From Octopus vulgaris (taxonomy: Eukaryota), in the NCBI GenBank assembly GCA_951406725.2, contig OX597825.1:11718001-11782000 (forward strand): DNA of 64,000 nucleotides. Reading direction: 5' to 3'. The position numbers and the translations under genes were made by a program. The stretch's first letter is position 1. Every line of letters begins with the position of its first letter. Of the stretch, positions 24,952-39,592 are shown piece after piece. The notes beneath the pieces are model-generated. The model saw only the letters and a list, made by a program, of their open reading frames with translations. It had not been told where the DNA came from and made no database searches.

Positions 24952-25107
24952 AATTCTATTTTAGTTAATATTCTTGCTGTGTTCGTCGTTTCGTGGCCTT
25001 TGACTCGTCCTACGCGACCTCGAATTCAGAATGATGGTAAATTTTTCTTTTGTCTTGTTTCTAGGTTATTTATTGCCTTTTCATAATGATGTCGACATTT
25101 TTTACTA

Positions 25108-25927
25108 TATTCGAATTGCGTTCAAAATGTATCCGAAATTTGTGAATAAAATTTGTACATTTCACAAATTTTCTCTGACCATCTTCAAAATACTACCCTT
25201 GGGAGCTTACAGCCTTCTCCCAGCAGTTTTACCAATGCTGGTAACACCTCTGGAAACACCTTCTTTGGAATGCTATGAAGTTCTGACATCGCTTTTCTCA
25301 TAATTTCCTCTTGTGACCCATATTGCATCCCCTTTGGCGTGGTTTTCATTTTTGTGAAGAGCTCATACGGTACAAAACCGGGAGAATGGAGAACCTGCCG
25401 AACAAGTTGTCTACAGTTCTTGTTCAGGAAAGCTTGAATTACATGGTGCGTTTTAAAAATATCCGAATTTTGCCGACACTCTCCGGATACACAAATTCGT
25501 TTTAAAATGGAATGCTCTGGTCCTGTACTTACTTCCGCTTCGTTGTGGAATTTCCTGGATTGTAACACGAGAGTGTTCTATGACTATTCGCAGAAACTCC
25601 TCAATCGGTTCCTCGTTTCGATTTGTAGATGACTTGCTTCAACGTATCTTGCACTTCACTGAGGTGCATCCATGTTTAGAGCAAATGTACCACACCTTGA
25701 TCAGCATTTGCCCATGGCATCATCGTCAATAGTCTGCAAAATCTCCTGGATGATTTGAGCTTGAGTATCACTAAGCTTTTGGCAAATCTTGTTGCAATAT
25801 CTCTACGTGATGTATTCGACCAACTTGCATAAAAAATGAAAATCAGACGACCGCGGGCTACATATCTGTATCTAGTCGTAATAATTGGGTTCTGACGTGG
25901 CCTACTGTTTCGAAAATTTCCACGTAT
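25108..25927 (-). pseudogene. Internally deleted mariner transposon remnant
   Basis: N-terminal HTH region (RYCNKICQKLSDTQAQ..IKVWY..STNRNEE..VTIQEI..VSTGPEHSILK) fused to C-terminus (QAFLNKN..LHSP..KMKTTPKG..IPK..WEKAVSSQG*YFED); frameshifts and stops; degraded TIR-like ends. Confidence 0.8.
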
Positions 25928-26759
25928 ATGGAGGAAGACTTTGCTCACGTGGCATCAGTTTTGGTGGAAAAGTAGGATACTTTCTATACTCAACTCGTAT
26001 ATTTATTACATCAGGTCGGTGCACAGCAGAAATGTTAAAATTTCGGACCAAGCATGTTACCTTATTTTCCTTTTTAAATATCAATAGGTTCGACTTAGTT
26101 CTTCATCTCTTTAAGTCTGTCGTTTAAATAAAATTAGGTACCAAACTGATTCAATCCAATTTAATGTTGTGACTCGTGAGTGATACTGGTTAATGTAGGC
26201 CATGGTAGGATTTGAGCTCACAACTTTAAAGGATACAACTAAATACAGCACAGTATTTCCTCTGCAGCTTTACGGATTTAGCCCAAGCGCTATCCTTACA
26301 ACTTTTTAATATTGATTTCGTTTAGAATTATAAAATGTTGCAATAAAAATTATTCAAAGTTCTACGCAAGATATTTGCCAAAACTGAACCATTTGGAAAG
26401 TCATTGACTAAATTAGCTATAAAATTATCTTGAGGCAAACAAAAGTGCTGCTCCAAAACCATAAATTTGGAATTGATTAACATTGAAAAGAAGAGATTAA
26501 AACAATATTCACATAAATTGAAGATATCTGGTTTCCTTCACATGATATTTATTACACAAGACAAGTTCCATTGAACCAGTATTTCTGGAGTGAAATATTT
26601 TCGACTCTATACGCCTGCAGTAATTCAAAGAAATTATTTTTAACTCCAAATATACGATTTTCCGGTCCAGTAGAACAGCAAAGAAATAAATTAAAATTAT
26701 ATCTTTTTTTTTCTGCAGCAAAGTTTTAAAATGGAATTTAATACATACTTCTGTAAATC

Positions 26760-26862
<103 letters not shown>

Positions 26863-28696
26863 CATAGATAGATAGAGATAGAGAAAGAGAGGACAAACAT
26901 TACAAATATCAAATAATTAATTAGGTAAAACGTGATCTAAATACAATTATGTAATTATATACGAGTAAATTTTATCGTATATGTAAGCTAAGAAGAAAAT
27001 AATAGAAATGGAACAAAACAACCGCTAAACCTTAAGAGCAGCATAGGTGAAAGTGAGATAATATTCATGGAGCCAATTCCTTTATTACTCTATAAACCAT
27101 TTATTTACATGTGTGATTACAGAAACAGTTTTATGTGAAGATTTATTTTATAACTCATAATAAGTGTAGTTAGATAATGTTTAGTAGTTGCTTTGTTTAC
27201 GATTGTTTCAGAGAAACTCTAAAACCGTAATAGATTATTTCTGTTCCATTCACTTCATCTTATCAATGTCGATATCTCTGAAAATTTCTGAATGGTATAT
27301 TTCTATTATTTGTATACTTCTGACTGAATAGACTTAACCTCCAACCATTTATTTGGGTTGCTGGAACTAAGTGTATATGTAAAGCATGTGGCACAGATAT
27401 ATATTGAGAATTCACTGCGGGATGGTCCAAAATTGACATCTGATTTAAAACCATATGGTTTTCAGTGGAGTTCACTCTATTGTAAGCATTCAACACAGAA
27501 ATCCTGTTTCTTTCTCGTTTACAAGATTTGTGCTGATATCGAGAGTCAGATCAAAATCATGTCTTAGAACTCTGCCCAAAGAAACGATGTGAGCACTACA
27601 CATTGAATAAACCACCATTAAAAATGAACTGGAATTTCCAATGTGGAAATTACTAAGTTTGTTTTAGATTGGTAAATTATATAAAATGCACAGTGTTACA
27701 TAATAATTTATGTAAATTTAAATCATTTTAAATAAAAATTTGAATAGAACCATAGTAACAGATAACTAAGTAGTTAGCATATTCAGAGTAATTAAGATGC
27801 ATAATAATCGATTTTAACAAAGTTATATCGCAGCATCTTTTTTTAGTATAAATGTAGTTGACTCAACCGACTTCGTTATCTGATTGGTGTTAACTTGTTT
27901 TAATAACCGAAATGGAAGATGAAGAATGTCGAAATCCCTGGAAATGAGATTAAAAACATAAACAGAAGATGCCTAATACCATTATGAGTTCTTGTAAGAC
28001 GCTTTAAGCCTACTGCCAATCCCCAATCCAGCAGATCATGATGTAGAAACTTTGCAATTAAGCTTGACTGATAAGTTTAACCTTATCGCGTCAAATGCAA
28101 ACTTCTAGTAAAATATCAGCGAGAGACAATGAAAATCAATGTATGTTACTCGAGAAGCAATTGAACTTGAGATAAATTCAGAATGTTTAAACAACACAAA
28201 GAAAAGACTTGAGACACTGTGTGAATTATGGAAATTAGTATTAAATAAAAAAAAAAATATCTCAGTTTTTATATTTTAGTGAACATTAAGCCACTCTTAT
28301 ATTGAAGAACATTAGTGATTTGGATTTTAGAAACGCATTCTCACTCAATTATAATTATGACCTAAAATAAAATTATACAAATTTAGTCATTCGTAAAAGC
28401 GTAAAAGTATAATACAAAAAACAGTTACCTCTCCTTTCACTTAAAGTATCATACAGAGATAACAAATTAAATGCTTTTGAATATAAGATTAATTTTTAAA
28501 TATCAGGTTGGAAATATATAGTATTCTAAGGAGTTCAATACTCCATATTCATTATTATAATCGAAATTTCTCTAACTCTATATGTGTCAACAACAGGTGT
28601 TTAACAGATTCATTTCAAACTACTATTTGGATAAGACAAATTGATATTTGAATATAATTGTTTGTATTCGAGGAGACGTGGTTATGTGTGTAAGTT

Positions 28697-28754
<58 letters not shown>

Positions 28755-29028
28755 TATGCGTAAACTAGTGTATAAATACACTGGACAAAAGAGATAATGA
28801 TGAAGCCACAGTCAATTATAATTACTATTACGAAGAAGCTAATTAAATCATTTTAACGATACAAAGCTTTGTCACAAATATATTATAAATAATTAAAATT
28901 GTTTAAAATTCAGGAAAGTCATTTTAAAAATTTGTTTCCAATTATATGGTTATTGGCAAAATAAGCACTGTGTTTGTTGAACATTAAATTATACTGCTAA
29001 CAGTATAATTTAATCTATAATTAGTTCG

Positions 29029-29060
<32 letters not shown>

Positions 29061-29278
29061 ATACATATATGTGTCAGTATATACATACACATAGTCATAT
29101 ATATATATAAATATATATGAGATTACATGGATTTATATACATATATAGCTATACACATGTGTAGACATACACACACACACACGCACATTCACATATTATA
29201 TATTGGTGGTGCTATAAGAATTTAGAAACTTTAAGGGAAATCAGTTAATTTTATTTAGAACGGTTTATCGGGAATTAG

Positions 29279-29432
29279 ATAACTTAGCGGTTCGGCAAAA
29301 GAGATCAGATATAATGAGAGTACGAGGATTACAAAGAATAAGTCCTGAGGTCGATTTGCTCGACTATAGGCGGTGCTCCAGCATGGCCACAGTGAAACGA
29401 CTAAAGCAAATAAAGAAATAAAAGAATAAAGA
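29279..29432 (+). mobile_element. SINE family B, 3' fragment
   Basis: AACTTAGCGGTTCGGCAAAAGAGA...GGCGGTGCTCCAGCATGGCCACAG. Confidence 0.85.
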
Positions 29433-30366
29433 ACACTTCTATACCAGTTATTAACTAAGTCTCCCTATTAACTAAATTTCCGTGTGAATAATTCGTGAAA
29501 GAAATCGATAGGACACTGTGCTTTTCTTTTGTATCAGATTTTTTGAATATAGAACACTTTTTAACCCAACCCTACTTTTATAACTTTTAGTATTTTTAGT
29601 CTTTACTCAAAATAGATTTTAGTCTTTACTCAAAATTTTCAGTGCAATTTTATCTTTTAACATAATTTTCTAGTTTTCAGATTATGTTTATTTAATTTGT
29701 CAAGTCTTCATGCTAAATTTTTTCACCCTTTTAATTTTTGAATTCCTTGTGTTAATTTATTGTTGTTATTGCTGACTTTTAAAGAACATTTTTGAAGTTG
29801 TATTAAATTTTTAATTATTTTAAGTGTTTTTTTCATACATAGACAATTGAAAAAAAGAATCCATTTTCTTCTCTTTTTTTTTGTTAGGCAATCATTGCAA
29901 TATTTTATATTTTTCATTTATTACTTTCTGTTATTTATAAATATTTTTGGAATTTGGCTATCCCAGTAACTGAAACTTATTCTACCCTGTTTATTTTACC
30001 AAAATACTTATACATACTCATTGTAGATTTCAGATCGTCCACCGAAAGACGCTCAAGCATTCAGAACTGTTTAACACTTTGCGTATATAAGAATACTTTC
30101 TCCGTAGGATATCTAGTAGCGTTAGAAAATGACGTGATGCAGTCATTAAGATCGCATGACATTAGATCTGAAAATACTTAAAGCAATGCTTGCATTTCTT
30201 CGGATGAATTCTATACAATTATTCGCTGGAATTTAACTGAAAATCTGTGCAGCGTGTTTCCACATGTGATTATATATCGTCATGAGAATATCGTTTTTTT
30301 TTTCAAATACTTAAACAATATTGTCTTATGACATGTGTTCAACTACACACACACACACACATAACC

Positions 30367-30438
<72 letters not shown>

Positions 30439-30750
30439 ATATGGTCATTCTTTTAACAAATTGCATCTTAATTTATGGGATTAACAGCAATCTTTGATAA
30501 GCTATCAGTCTGAAAAGATTTGGGTTATTTAAATATTCTTTGTGCTTGCATAGGAGGCCAAAGGGGTGCCCCAGCATGGCCACAGCTCGTGAGCTGAAAC
30601 TAGAATCAATCATATATATATATGTATGTATATATACATGGGTATATATATATATGTGTATGCGTGTATGTGTGTGTCCACAAGTAATATATAACACTCC
30701 ACTTCATCAGAAACTACGATTTAAAAGTGAAGATGGCAAGTCTGTTTGGT

Positions 30751-31330
30751 ATACGAGAAGGTGATGTAAAAGTGTTACCAGTTGTGATCAGAACATTATA
30801 GTCAATCCCACTGAAACTTCAAGATTTCTTAAAGCGTTTGGAAATACTATGCAAGATTAGTACATACAAAAAATAGACTTCGTACATCAAACACGGCCGA
30901 AGTATACTGCAGCCAACTGGACCAAATGGTGTAGGAACTTACAAAAAAAAAACAGCGTAGATTAGTCAACAGATCCAGTCCTCTTTTATTACAAGACAAC
31001 GCCAGACCACACACCACAAAAATGACATTGGCGAAACTACAGGAGTTGGAGCTTGAAGTTCTCCATCATCCACCATACTCACATGACTTTGTCCTCCTCC
31101 CACTGACTTCCACTTCTTCAAGAATTTGGAAAAATTTTGATAGGAGAAAATTTTATTCCGACGATGCTGTTAAACAGGCCTTCGCAGAATTTATTGACTC
31201 CAGATTGCTAGGATTTTACAGTTCCGCTGAAACGGCAAAATTATATTGACAATGTGAGTGCAATCTTTGATGAATAAAACTATTCCTTGTATTTATAAAA
31301 CATTAACAAACTTTTTTCTTTTCTACAAGT
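30751..31330 (+). pseudogene. Mariner transposase catalytic-domain remnant
   Basis: VYCSQLDQM..LVNRSSPLLLQDNARPHTTKMTLAKLQELELEVLHHPPYSHD..DFHFF..FAEFIDSR matches the HDNARPH and HPPYSPDL motifs; frameshifted. Confidence 0.9.
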
Positions 31331-32734
31331 TTCACACTTGACGACCAAATATTCGGGTAGTCGATATTATCTCTTAGTTTTAGTGTTATAGAATAACTAA
31401 CGTCGTAATGTATATCTGTTAAAAATGCCATAGGTTTCACCTTAGCAGGAATTCTGCCTTGTATATTGAAGACAGTCTGGATATGTTAGGCTTCTCATAT
31501 TTAAGGACAGAATGTTATACCAGGTTACGTTTCTTTTCTTCGTTCTCTAATATTTTACAGCACCTGAGTATATTTGTTTTCGAGATTATATCATATCTTT
31601 CTTTAGATGTTCATTTGCTGTTGTTTTTGTGACTTGCGGAACACAGGATGAAGAAGAAAGTATTGCGTTATGGCCTACATTTTCTTTCACGTTTCTCTGG
31701 TTTAGTTTGTCTTAGCTGAGTGGTATAGTAGTAATAAAGACGTGTTCCTGCTGCGAGGAGAAAGCATAGCGTTCCCCACCGTTTCCACATCGACAGTATT
31801 TCAGGTATTCAATTTAACTTTTAAGTGGGTCTCATTATTTTTCTTAGTTCTTAGATTTATTGTTACCTAAATATATTTTCGAAATATGTTCGCTTTATCC
31901 ATGTTTACCAATGAATTGTCTCTTACATCCACTCAACAGCAACAATATTATAAATAAAAGAAGCTACGAAAACAACGAACACAACTGTGTTAACGGCAAC
32001 TGCAATTAGAATAACAACTATATACACTACGACAACTGTGACGATAGCCATATCACCAGGGCAACTTATATTTGAATACTCACTGGATAGATATCTTTAA
32101 CAGCAGTTAGAATACGCTGAATTTCTATTAATATACACTAAAATAAGAGAAAAAAAACGAGAAATATCAATACTAATACTCTGGGAATTTAGCCGACAAA
32201 TTTTTATTAACATTTTGGCAATGGCTCAGATGCGAAGATGGTTAAGTCTAGGGTTCCAGCTAGTAGCCGTAGGATAAGCGTTACTTTTCTGATCTTGTAC
32301 ATCAAGAGGTTTACGTTCTGAAATTCGATTGTGTGACGTTCATTCCTTCAAAATTGATTTATATGAAATGAAGTGCCGTCAAGCAAGAATGCGAACTCTA
32401 TCACGAAATTAATATGATGAGAATAACTATTTCTGTGGGGGATTTGCCATATATTACTTTATCTGACACAAACTCGCTCTCTGAGAGCGGTAGGAACAGT
32501 GACTAACACTAAGAGCATACAGTGCCTTCCTGAAATCTGATAATGTCTAATATAAGAGAAAATAGAATATATAGCATCCATCTAGTGTTTTACTGATATT
32601 TACTGCAATGATCCAACTCTGAAATCCGAGAACAACTTCTTAATGATTGTTAACAAATTCTTCGTCGCAACTCAGGCACAATCTGAAATATTTTCTACGT
32701 AATAATCTGCACATATCAGCAGGTGCCCGTATCA

Positions 32735-32850
32735 ATACATACATACATACGTACATACATACGTACATACATACGTACATACATACATGCATGCATACAT
32801 ACATACATACATACATACATACATACATACATACATACATACATACATAC

Positions 32851-32881
<31 letters not shown>

Positions 32882-32974
32882 CATAATACATACATATATA
32901 CATACATACATACATACATGCATGCATGCATGCATACATACATACATGTGTGAATGTATGTATGACTATAGCTA

Positions 32975-33013
<39 letters not shown>

Positions 33014-33049
33014 TATATATATATAAATATACGCATGTCTCTCTCTCTC

Positions 33050-33101
<52 letters not shown>

Positions 33102-33270
33102 GGTGCCCCAGCATGGCCACAGCTCATGAGCTGAAACTAGAAGCAATCAATCGAATCAATCAATATATATATATATATATCTGTCTGTCTGCCAGTATGC
33201 CTGTCTGTCCGTCCGTCTGTATGTCAGTCTGTCTGTCTATCTATCTATCTGTCTATCTATCTATCTATAT
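32735..33270. repeat. Compound microsatellite (CATA)n/(TATC)n/(TA)n with a short family B tail fragment at about 33098-33140
   Basis: Directly visible. Confidence 0.9.
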
Positions 33271-34948
33271 ATACACGCATTCTTACTCACATTGTTGGTC
33301 ATAGAGATAGAGGGATATAAACACATGTTTACTGTATACTATTTCTTGTTGGAGAACAATGACAAATAAATACGACTACATCTAAACGTGTGTTAAGATT
33401 TTATCTGCCAACCAGTGACCCCTTTGATTGTTCACATATATTCTGCTTATGTGCCGAATATTATCCATAGGTCAATTTTCTGCTGAAGTATAAAGAGTTA
33501 GCTTATTTAATAAATTATTGGTTTATTAACAACGCCTTGTTTGAATGCTCACAATATATCACCGAGATGTGTCTATAGAGTTTAGCTATCTTTTTAATAG
33601 TCAAACGTAACCAAATTTGTCTATCTGTATAATTCCTCGTATATAGGAAGATACTAATACAGTGCTAAAACAGACTTGGATAATTCCGCTTTGCGTGATG
33701 GATATACCTTTACAACGGTCACCTATATATAATATTGATTAAACCCTATAGATATATGATGTATAGCGTTAAACGAAGCTTGTAACAGAATCGAAATAAC
33801 CCCCCAAAATGCGTCTGTATGCTAAATGGTTATCAAATTTACTGAAGCCCTTAGTACATTTATCATACCTTGTTTTCTTTGTCTACAACCTAATGCTACA
33901 TAAGCAAATATTAAACGCTTCAACAAAGAATTGAATCACACCACCAGTTCTTCCACAGAGATTTGTGTGAAATTTTGTGAACTTCTTTTTTGAATTTGGT
34001 TTGCAAGATTCTCTATATGAGTTCGTGTGTAAAATGCAACGAAAATTTTAGGAAAATAAAAATAAGAAATAAGTGGAAATTTTACCGGTTAGTGTGTTAC
34101 ATTATAAGGCACAAAAAGAAAATGACTCTCCCCAGACGCAACAGTTTGTGAGCTTCGTAAATCTGAAAAAAAATCTGCCTTGCCAGCAAATGAAAGAACT
34201 TACATTACACTCTATACACTAATTAATTCTCGTGAAACGTAATTATACCAAATGCAATAGACCATTTCACTAGCTGTAGCTAGAAAAGTAATCCAAATGT
34301 GTAAAACATATTCCTGAAAACAAAGTGTAAGAGATGTCTATCTTTTACAACACTTGTGCTGTGTTTACGTTAACCGCTACATTTTGTATTCTGACGTGGA
34401 AATTACAATAATTTAACGAGATGAGCGAAATAACTCGTAAACTGTTTGTGTGTAATTGAAGTATTTTCATAGGAAGAGAGATATAAACATTATTTATTTA
34501 TCATGCAAAAAATGCTGGGGAAATATTATGTGATGTAATGTCGTATCTCTTTCTCGTTGTAACAGGGAAGCGATATCTACAGTAGAGAAAATAGCCCGAA
34601 TATCTATGTTCCTACTTTCTAGAGTTTTGTAAGTCATAAAAGGAGCTAATCAACTTGAATAACGAATAAGCAGGAGGAGAAATATCAAATAAAATTTGAT
34701 ATATGTTTCTCTTAATGGAACACTGGAACATGTGACATGAAAAATATTTAAAACAAAATAACTGAATTTCGGAAGAAGTTTGTATTAGTGGGCGACGAAA
34801 TGTAGGGGCTCTCCTTTATTTGAATTGTAGAATTTCACCAGCAAAATATTTGAGGATTACTTTTGGAAGCTTAATTGATAGCGAAAGGCAAACCAAAAAT
34901 TCAAGGAACACGTAGCAAACATGAGATAAACTATATACAATAACAAAA

Positions 34949-35175
34949 CGGCGAGCTGGCAGAAACGTTAGCGCGTCGGGCGAAATGCGTAGCCGTATTT
35001 CGTCTGCCGTTACGTTCTGAGTTCAAATTCTGCCGATGTCGACTTTGCCTTTCATCCTTTCGGGTCGATAAATTAAGTACCAGTTACGCACTGGGGTCGA
35101 TATAATCGACTTAATCCGTTTGTCTGTCCTTGTTTGTCCCCTCTATGTTTAGCCCCCTTGTGGGTAATAAAGAAA
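34949..35175 (+). mobile_element. SINE family A monomer
   Basis: Near-consensus from CGGCGAGCTGGCAGAAACG to GTGGGTAATAAAGAAA. Confidence 0.92.
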
Positions 35176-36392
35176 CATATATATAATAACATATAAGTAA
35201 TTGGAAAAAATTTAAAATCCAGCAGTGATAGCTTTAGCAGTTACTGTTTACTTGATAGCTTGTGTCAACTACAAAAATACAACTACCTGGCACTATTAAC
35301 GACCCTTTATTATATATGTAACAAAATTACATTAAGAATACCGTGTAAGATTCATGGATTTGAAAAATTTATCGCATCAAACAAAATAAGGATGTGCACG
35401 AAAAGAAATCAATAAAGAAATATTTAACCCGAACGAAGTCATATCTCCGATATAACAGGCTACACTTAAATTATTATGTGTCCGTCTCACTTTTATTCAA
35501 TTTCATTGTGTTTCGATCCCTATATGTTACAAGTAAGATATCGCCCAAAAACTATTTAAAAGAACTCAATGTTTTCCAGTAATTTCGTCTTTTGAATTGG
35601 TGCCATGTTTTGCCGATGTACAGAAACGTAACAGATATATTGAAGTGTAGACAGTAAATATGTTTTCTACTGATATTCTTTTTTTTTAGTTACCAAATAT
35701 TGTCACAAATCCAAAATGTGTTCCAGCTTTTCCAATTCAGATATTGGCATAACTGCTCCTATTTGGAGATATTGCATTGCACATGTCTATAAAATAAGGT
35801 TTTATTTTTAGGATTTCACTATTTTACTGAGCATTTGTCGTGTTTGAGCAATAAAAGTATTATGTATATGCACCGTTAAAGAAATTTAATGTAGTTGGCT
35901 ATAAGAATGCTTAACACCTGCACTAAGAATGTATAAAGATGTAAAGGAAATAACGATAAACATTTACATCTGTTTTTATTCCAGTGCGGAATTGTTTCAA
36001 ACAATGATTTACCTACATTACATATCTAATATACCTATATCCATCTCTGTTTCTGACTATCTCTCTTTCTCCGAATCCCTCCCTCTCTCTCTTTCGCATC
36101 TAATAAGTATGTATTAATTGCGAATAGGAAAAAGGCATCAATACAAGGTGGATTGAAACGCATGATTATGCATTTTATTGCAATTTTATTATTGCATATT
36201 TTTTAACAAATAATCTTTCGTGAATAGACGTTTATTATTTACGTGATTAAAACTGTTTTCAATAGACGAAAGAATATTCTTTCCCATGAATAATGATGCT
36301 GATCCTTTCTTTGATGTCATCAAGGTCAGCTTCCCGACAAGTTCCGATATCGTGGACATTTTAAAGTGATTGAGTCCGTCTAGACCTGAATG

Positions 36393-36459
<67 letters not shown>

Positions 36460-36560
36460 TCAATAATAATATAGGGTGAAATTAATTAATTTGGAATAAT
36501 CATTAATTTCACCAAGTAGATTTCGGCATGTAAAAGCCCCATTCAAGGAAGGTTTAAGTA

Positions 36561-36634
36561 ATACTAAGTAATTAAGGGTTTAGCAACGATTTGTGGTGAG
36601 GCAAATCGTTGCTAAACCCTTAATTACTTAGTAT
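36561..36634. repeat. Perfect hairpin, 33-bp arms and 8-nt loop, at the end of an element in (TA)n
   Basis: ATACTAAGTAATTAAGGGTTTAGCAACGATTTG TGGTGAGG CAAATCGTTGCTAAACCCTTAATTACTTAGTAT. Confidence 0.95.
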
Positions 36635-36704
36635 ATATATATATATTTATAGGGACACAAAAAAGATGGAGAGGAGATGTTAAAAGTTTATATAAATTTT
36701 TAAA

Positions 36705-36835
36705 CCACACGATTGTTCCGAATGATAATACTGACATGTAAGAAAACATGGCAAAAATTAAATTAATTCTAATGATAATTAAAATAATAATTAAATTGAA
36801 TTAATTTAATTAGGTATTACTATTCTCATCAGTGG
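36705..36835 (-). ncRNA. Degenerate hammerhead-like motif with long stem II insertion
   Basis: CCA CTGATGA GAATAGTAATAC ...AT-rich loop... GTATTATCATTC GGAAC AATC GTG TGG. Confidence 0.5.
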
Positions 36836-36987
36836 AAAAAATTAATAAAAGTTCCAAAAGGGTATTGACAAAAGAATATTACAGTAAAACTACAGAGTGT
36901 CGGATAAAATCGACCGGATGTTTATAACAAGAATGTGAAATAGGAAAAAAGAGATATAGGAACATGTTAATGTAGTGTTAAGTCTAC

Positions 36988-37056
<69 letters not shown>

Positions 37057-37080
37057 GAGGCAGACACAAACACAGACACG

Positions 37081-37112
<32 letters not shown>

Positions 37113-37221
37113 CATACATACATATATATGTAAATTCAAACATATATGCATTATTCTTATTTTATCATCTTCAGCTCCAAGCTGCGGCCATGCTGGGGCA
37201 CTGCCCTTTTGCAACACTGGT

Positions 37222-37655
37222 ATTATTGAGAGCCTCCCCTGATATGTGGAATTTGGTGAGTAAGGGAGTTTGATGTCACTCCCCTCCTTTGCGCCTCCTG
37301 CTCATCTGGGATTCCTGACAGGAATAGATCCAGTTTTAATTTGAAAACACCTACATTCACTTTGTGTAGGTCTCTCAGGCTCTTTGGAGGTATATTAAAA
37401 AAAGCTGTGGGCCCCTGAATCCCAAAATGTTGCAGTAACTGGTCCTGAAGCGCGACGTCATTAATGGGATCTTTGGCACAGTGCAATGTCGCCCCCTTCT
37501 GGCATTGGTGTAGCCTTCAATGCTAGAATTTGGCACAATCCCTTCCAGGATCTTCCAGATGTATATTACTGCATATCTCTCCAATCTTCGCTATAGGGAG
37601 TAGAGTTTTAGCTGTTTCAGCCTTTCCCAGTAGCTGAGCTATTGCAATGAGACAA
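37222..37655 (-). pseudogene. LINE ORF2 C-terminal remnant (CR1/L2-group, Proto2-like)
   Basis: [71 protein letters not shown]; stops and frameshift; clade is inferred. Confidence 0.85.
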
Positions 37656-37712
37656 TTTTCTTTTTGTGAAATTTCAACTTCGTTTTTGCTATATGCATGT
37701 ATGTATGAATGC

Positions 37713-37939
<227 letters not shown>

Positions 37940-38552
37940 AGAAGAAGTAGATTAGATTAATAAACGAAGGCAGATATCTATAAAACGCTGTGCTAAAGGA
38001 ATTTGGTTAAGTATATGAAATAATTAGATACCAATAAATGTAAGTAGAATAAATATCCGAGGTAATTCTTCATGTCTACGAAGTATATCCAAATATCGCG
38101 GAGAAGAATTACAAGAAAATCCTTTTCTAAGATAAGAAGAAAAATGATGGAGGAATTCGCATCTTTAATTGGTAAATATATCGTACATTACTAACGACCG
38201 TTTCTGTGTTGCTCGCATATTTAAACAAAGAAAAAAAACGGTATGAAATATCGGTTAGATTATGTTGGAAAATATATGCTAACGCAACGTTACCAAAGCC
38301 ATCCAAATTGGGTTAAATTCAGAGAGGAGTGAGATTGGATTGGATTGCTTTGATAACGTTGTGTTAACATATATTTTCCAATGTATTAATCTGACTATTA
38401 TACCTTTTTTCTGTATCGAAATATGGCGGTAGAATAGAAACGAAAATCGGTAACGTATAGTGTGATCACCAATCAAAGAGGTGATTTTCTCCATTTTTAT
38501 TCCTCTTATATACATATAATATATATATATATATGTATATGATTTACATACC

Positions 38553-38610
<58 letters not shown>

Positions 38611-38617
38611 TGTATAT

Positions 38618-38651
<34 letters not shown>

Positions 38652-38958
38652 ATATACATATATATAATAAATATATATATGTATGAATGTATAAAGGGAG
38701 AGAGAGGAAGAGTGAGATAAAGAGAGAGAGAGTGGATTTCGCGAAAACCGGTCACTGGGAATCAAGCACATTTAAACCTTATCCTACAAAACATTTAAAG
38801 TCTCTTTCTAACATTTCCCATTGACATACAAACACATGAAACTCGTCACCCGTTGCAATTAACATCAACACCTCCTACTAGAATAATGCCCAAACCTTAT
38901 TGGGCAATACATACATGTACACATACATTGGTGTGTGTATATACATATGAATATGTAA

Positions 38959-39190
38959 GGCGGCGAGCTGGCAGAAACGTTAGCACGCCGGGCGAAATGC
39001 GTAGCCGTATTTTGTCTGTCGTTACATTCTGAGTTCAAATTCCGCCGAGGTCGACTTTGCCTTTCATCCTTTCGGGGTCGATAAATTAAGTACCAGTTTC
39101 GCACTGGGGTCGATGTAATCGACTTAATTCCTTTGTCTGTCTTTGTTTCTCCCCCTCTATGTTTAGCCCCTTGTGGGTAGTAAAGAAATA
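38959..39190 (+). mobile_element. SINE family A monomer with ~17-bp TSD
   Basis: TATATACATATGAATAT at 38938-38954 and 39191-39207. Confidence 0.93.
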
Positions 39191-39266
39191 TATATACATA
39201 TGAATATATATTTTACAAACACACATGTACACACACACTGACACATACATATATATATATATATAA

Positions 39267-39468
39267 AGTTAATCCAAACAAGAAAACAAAAACAACAACG
39301 CAAGGACGTGGAACAAATAAAGTATTATTGGACGCTCAGGAAAGAAGGGAAGAAGGAGGGTTTGACGTTTCGAGCGGGGCTCTTCGTCGGAAACATAGGA
39401 GAAGAAAAGATCCCGAGAAGGGAAGACAGGGGAAAAAAAAATCGCTAGTGATACAGACGAGGTCACAA
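39267..39468 (-). mobile_element. ~200-bp element in (TA)n carrying a minimal hammerhead-like motif
   Basis: Minus strand GTTT CCGACGA A GAGC CCC GCTC GAAAC GTC AAAC at 39360-39394. Confidence 0.65.
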
Positions 39469-39592
39469 TATATACGCATATATATACACATTTCGTATAT
39501 TTTTGTGCGTTCCTGTGTGCTCTTCTCAGTGGGTTTGTATGTATATAATGTATATTTGCGCATGTATATATATACATACCTGTATGTATGTA

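Noticed and set aside
27263-27567. Overlapping 69-77 aa ORFs on both strands
   Set aside because: No recognisable homology or paired splice sites
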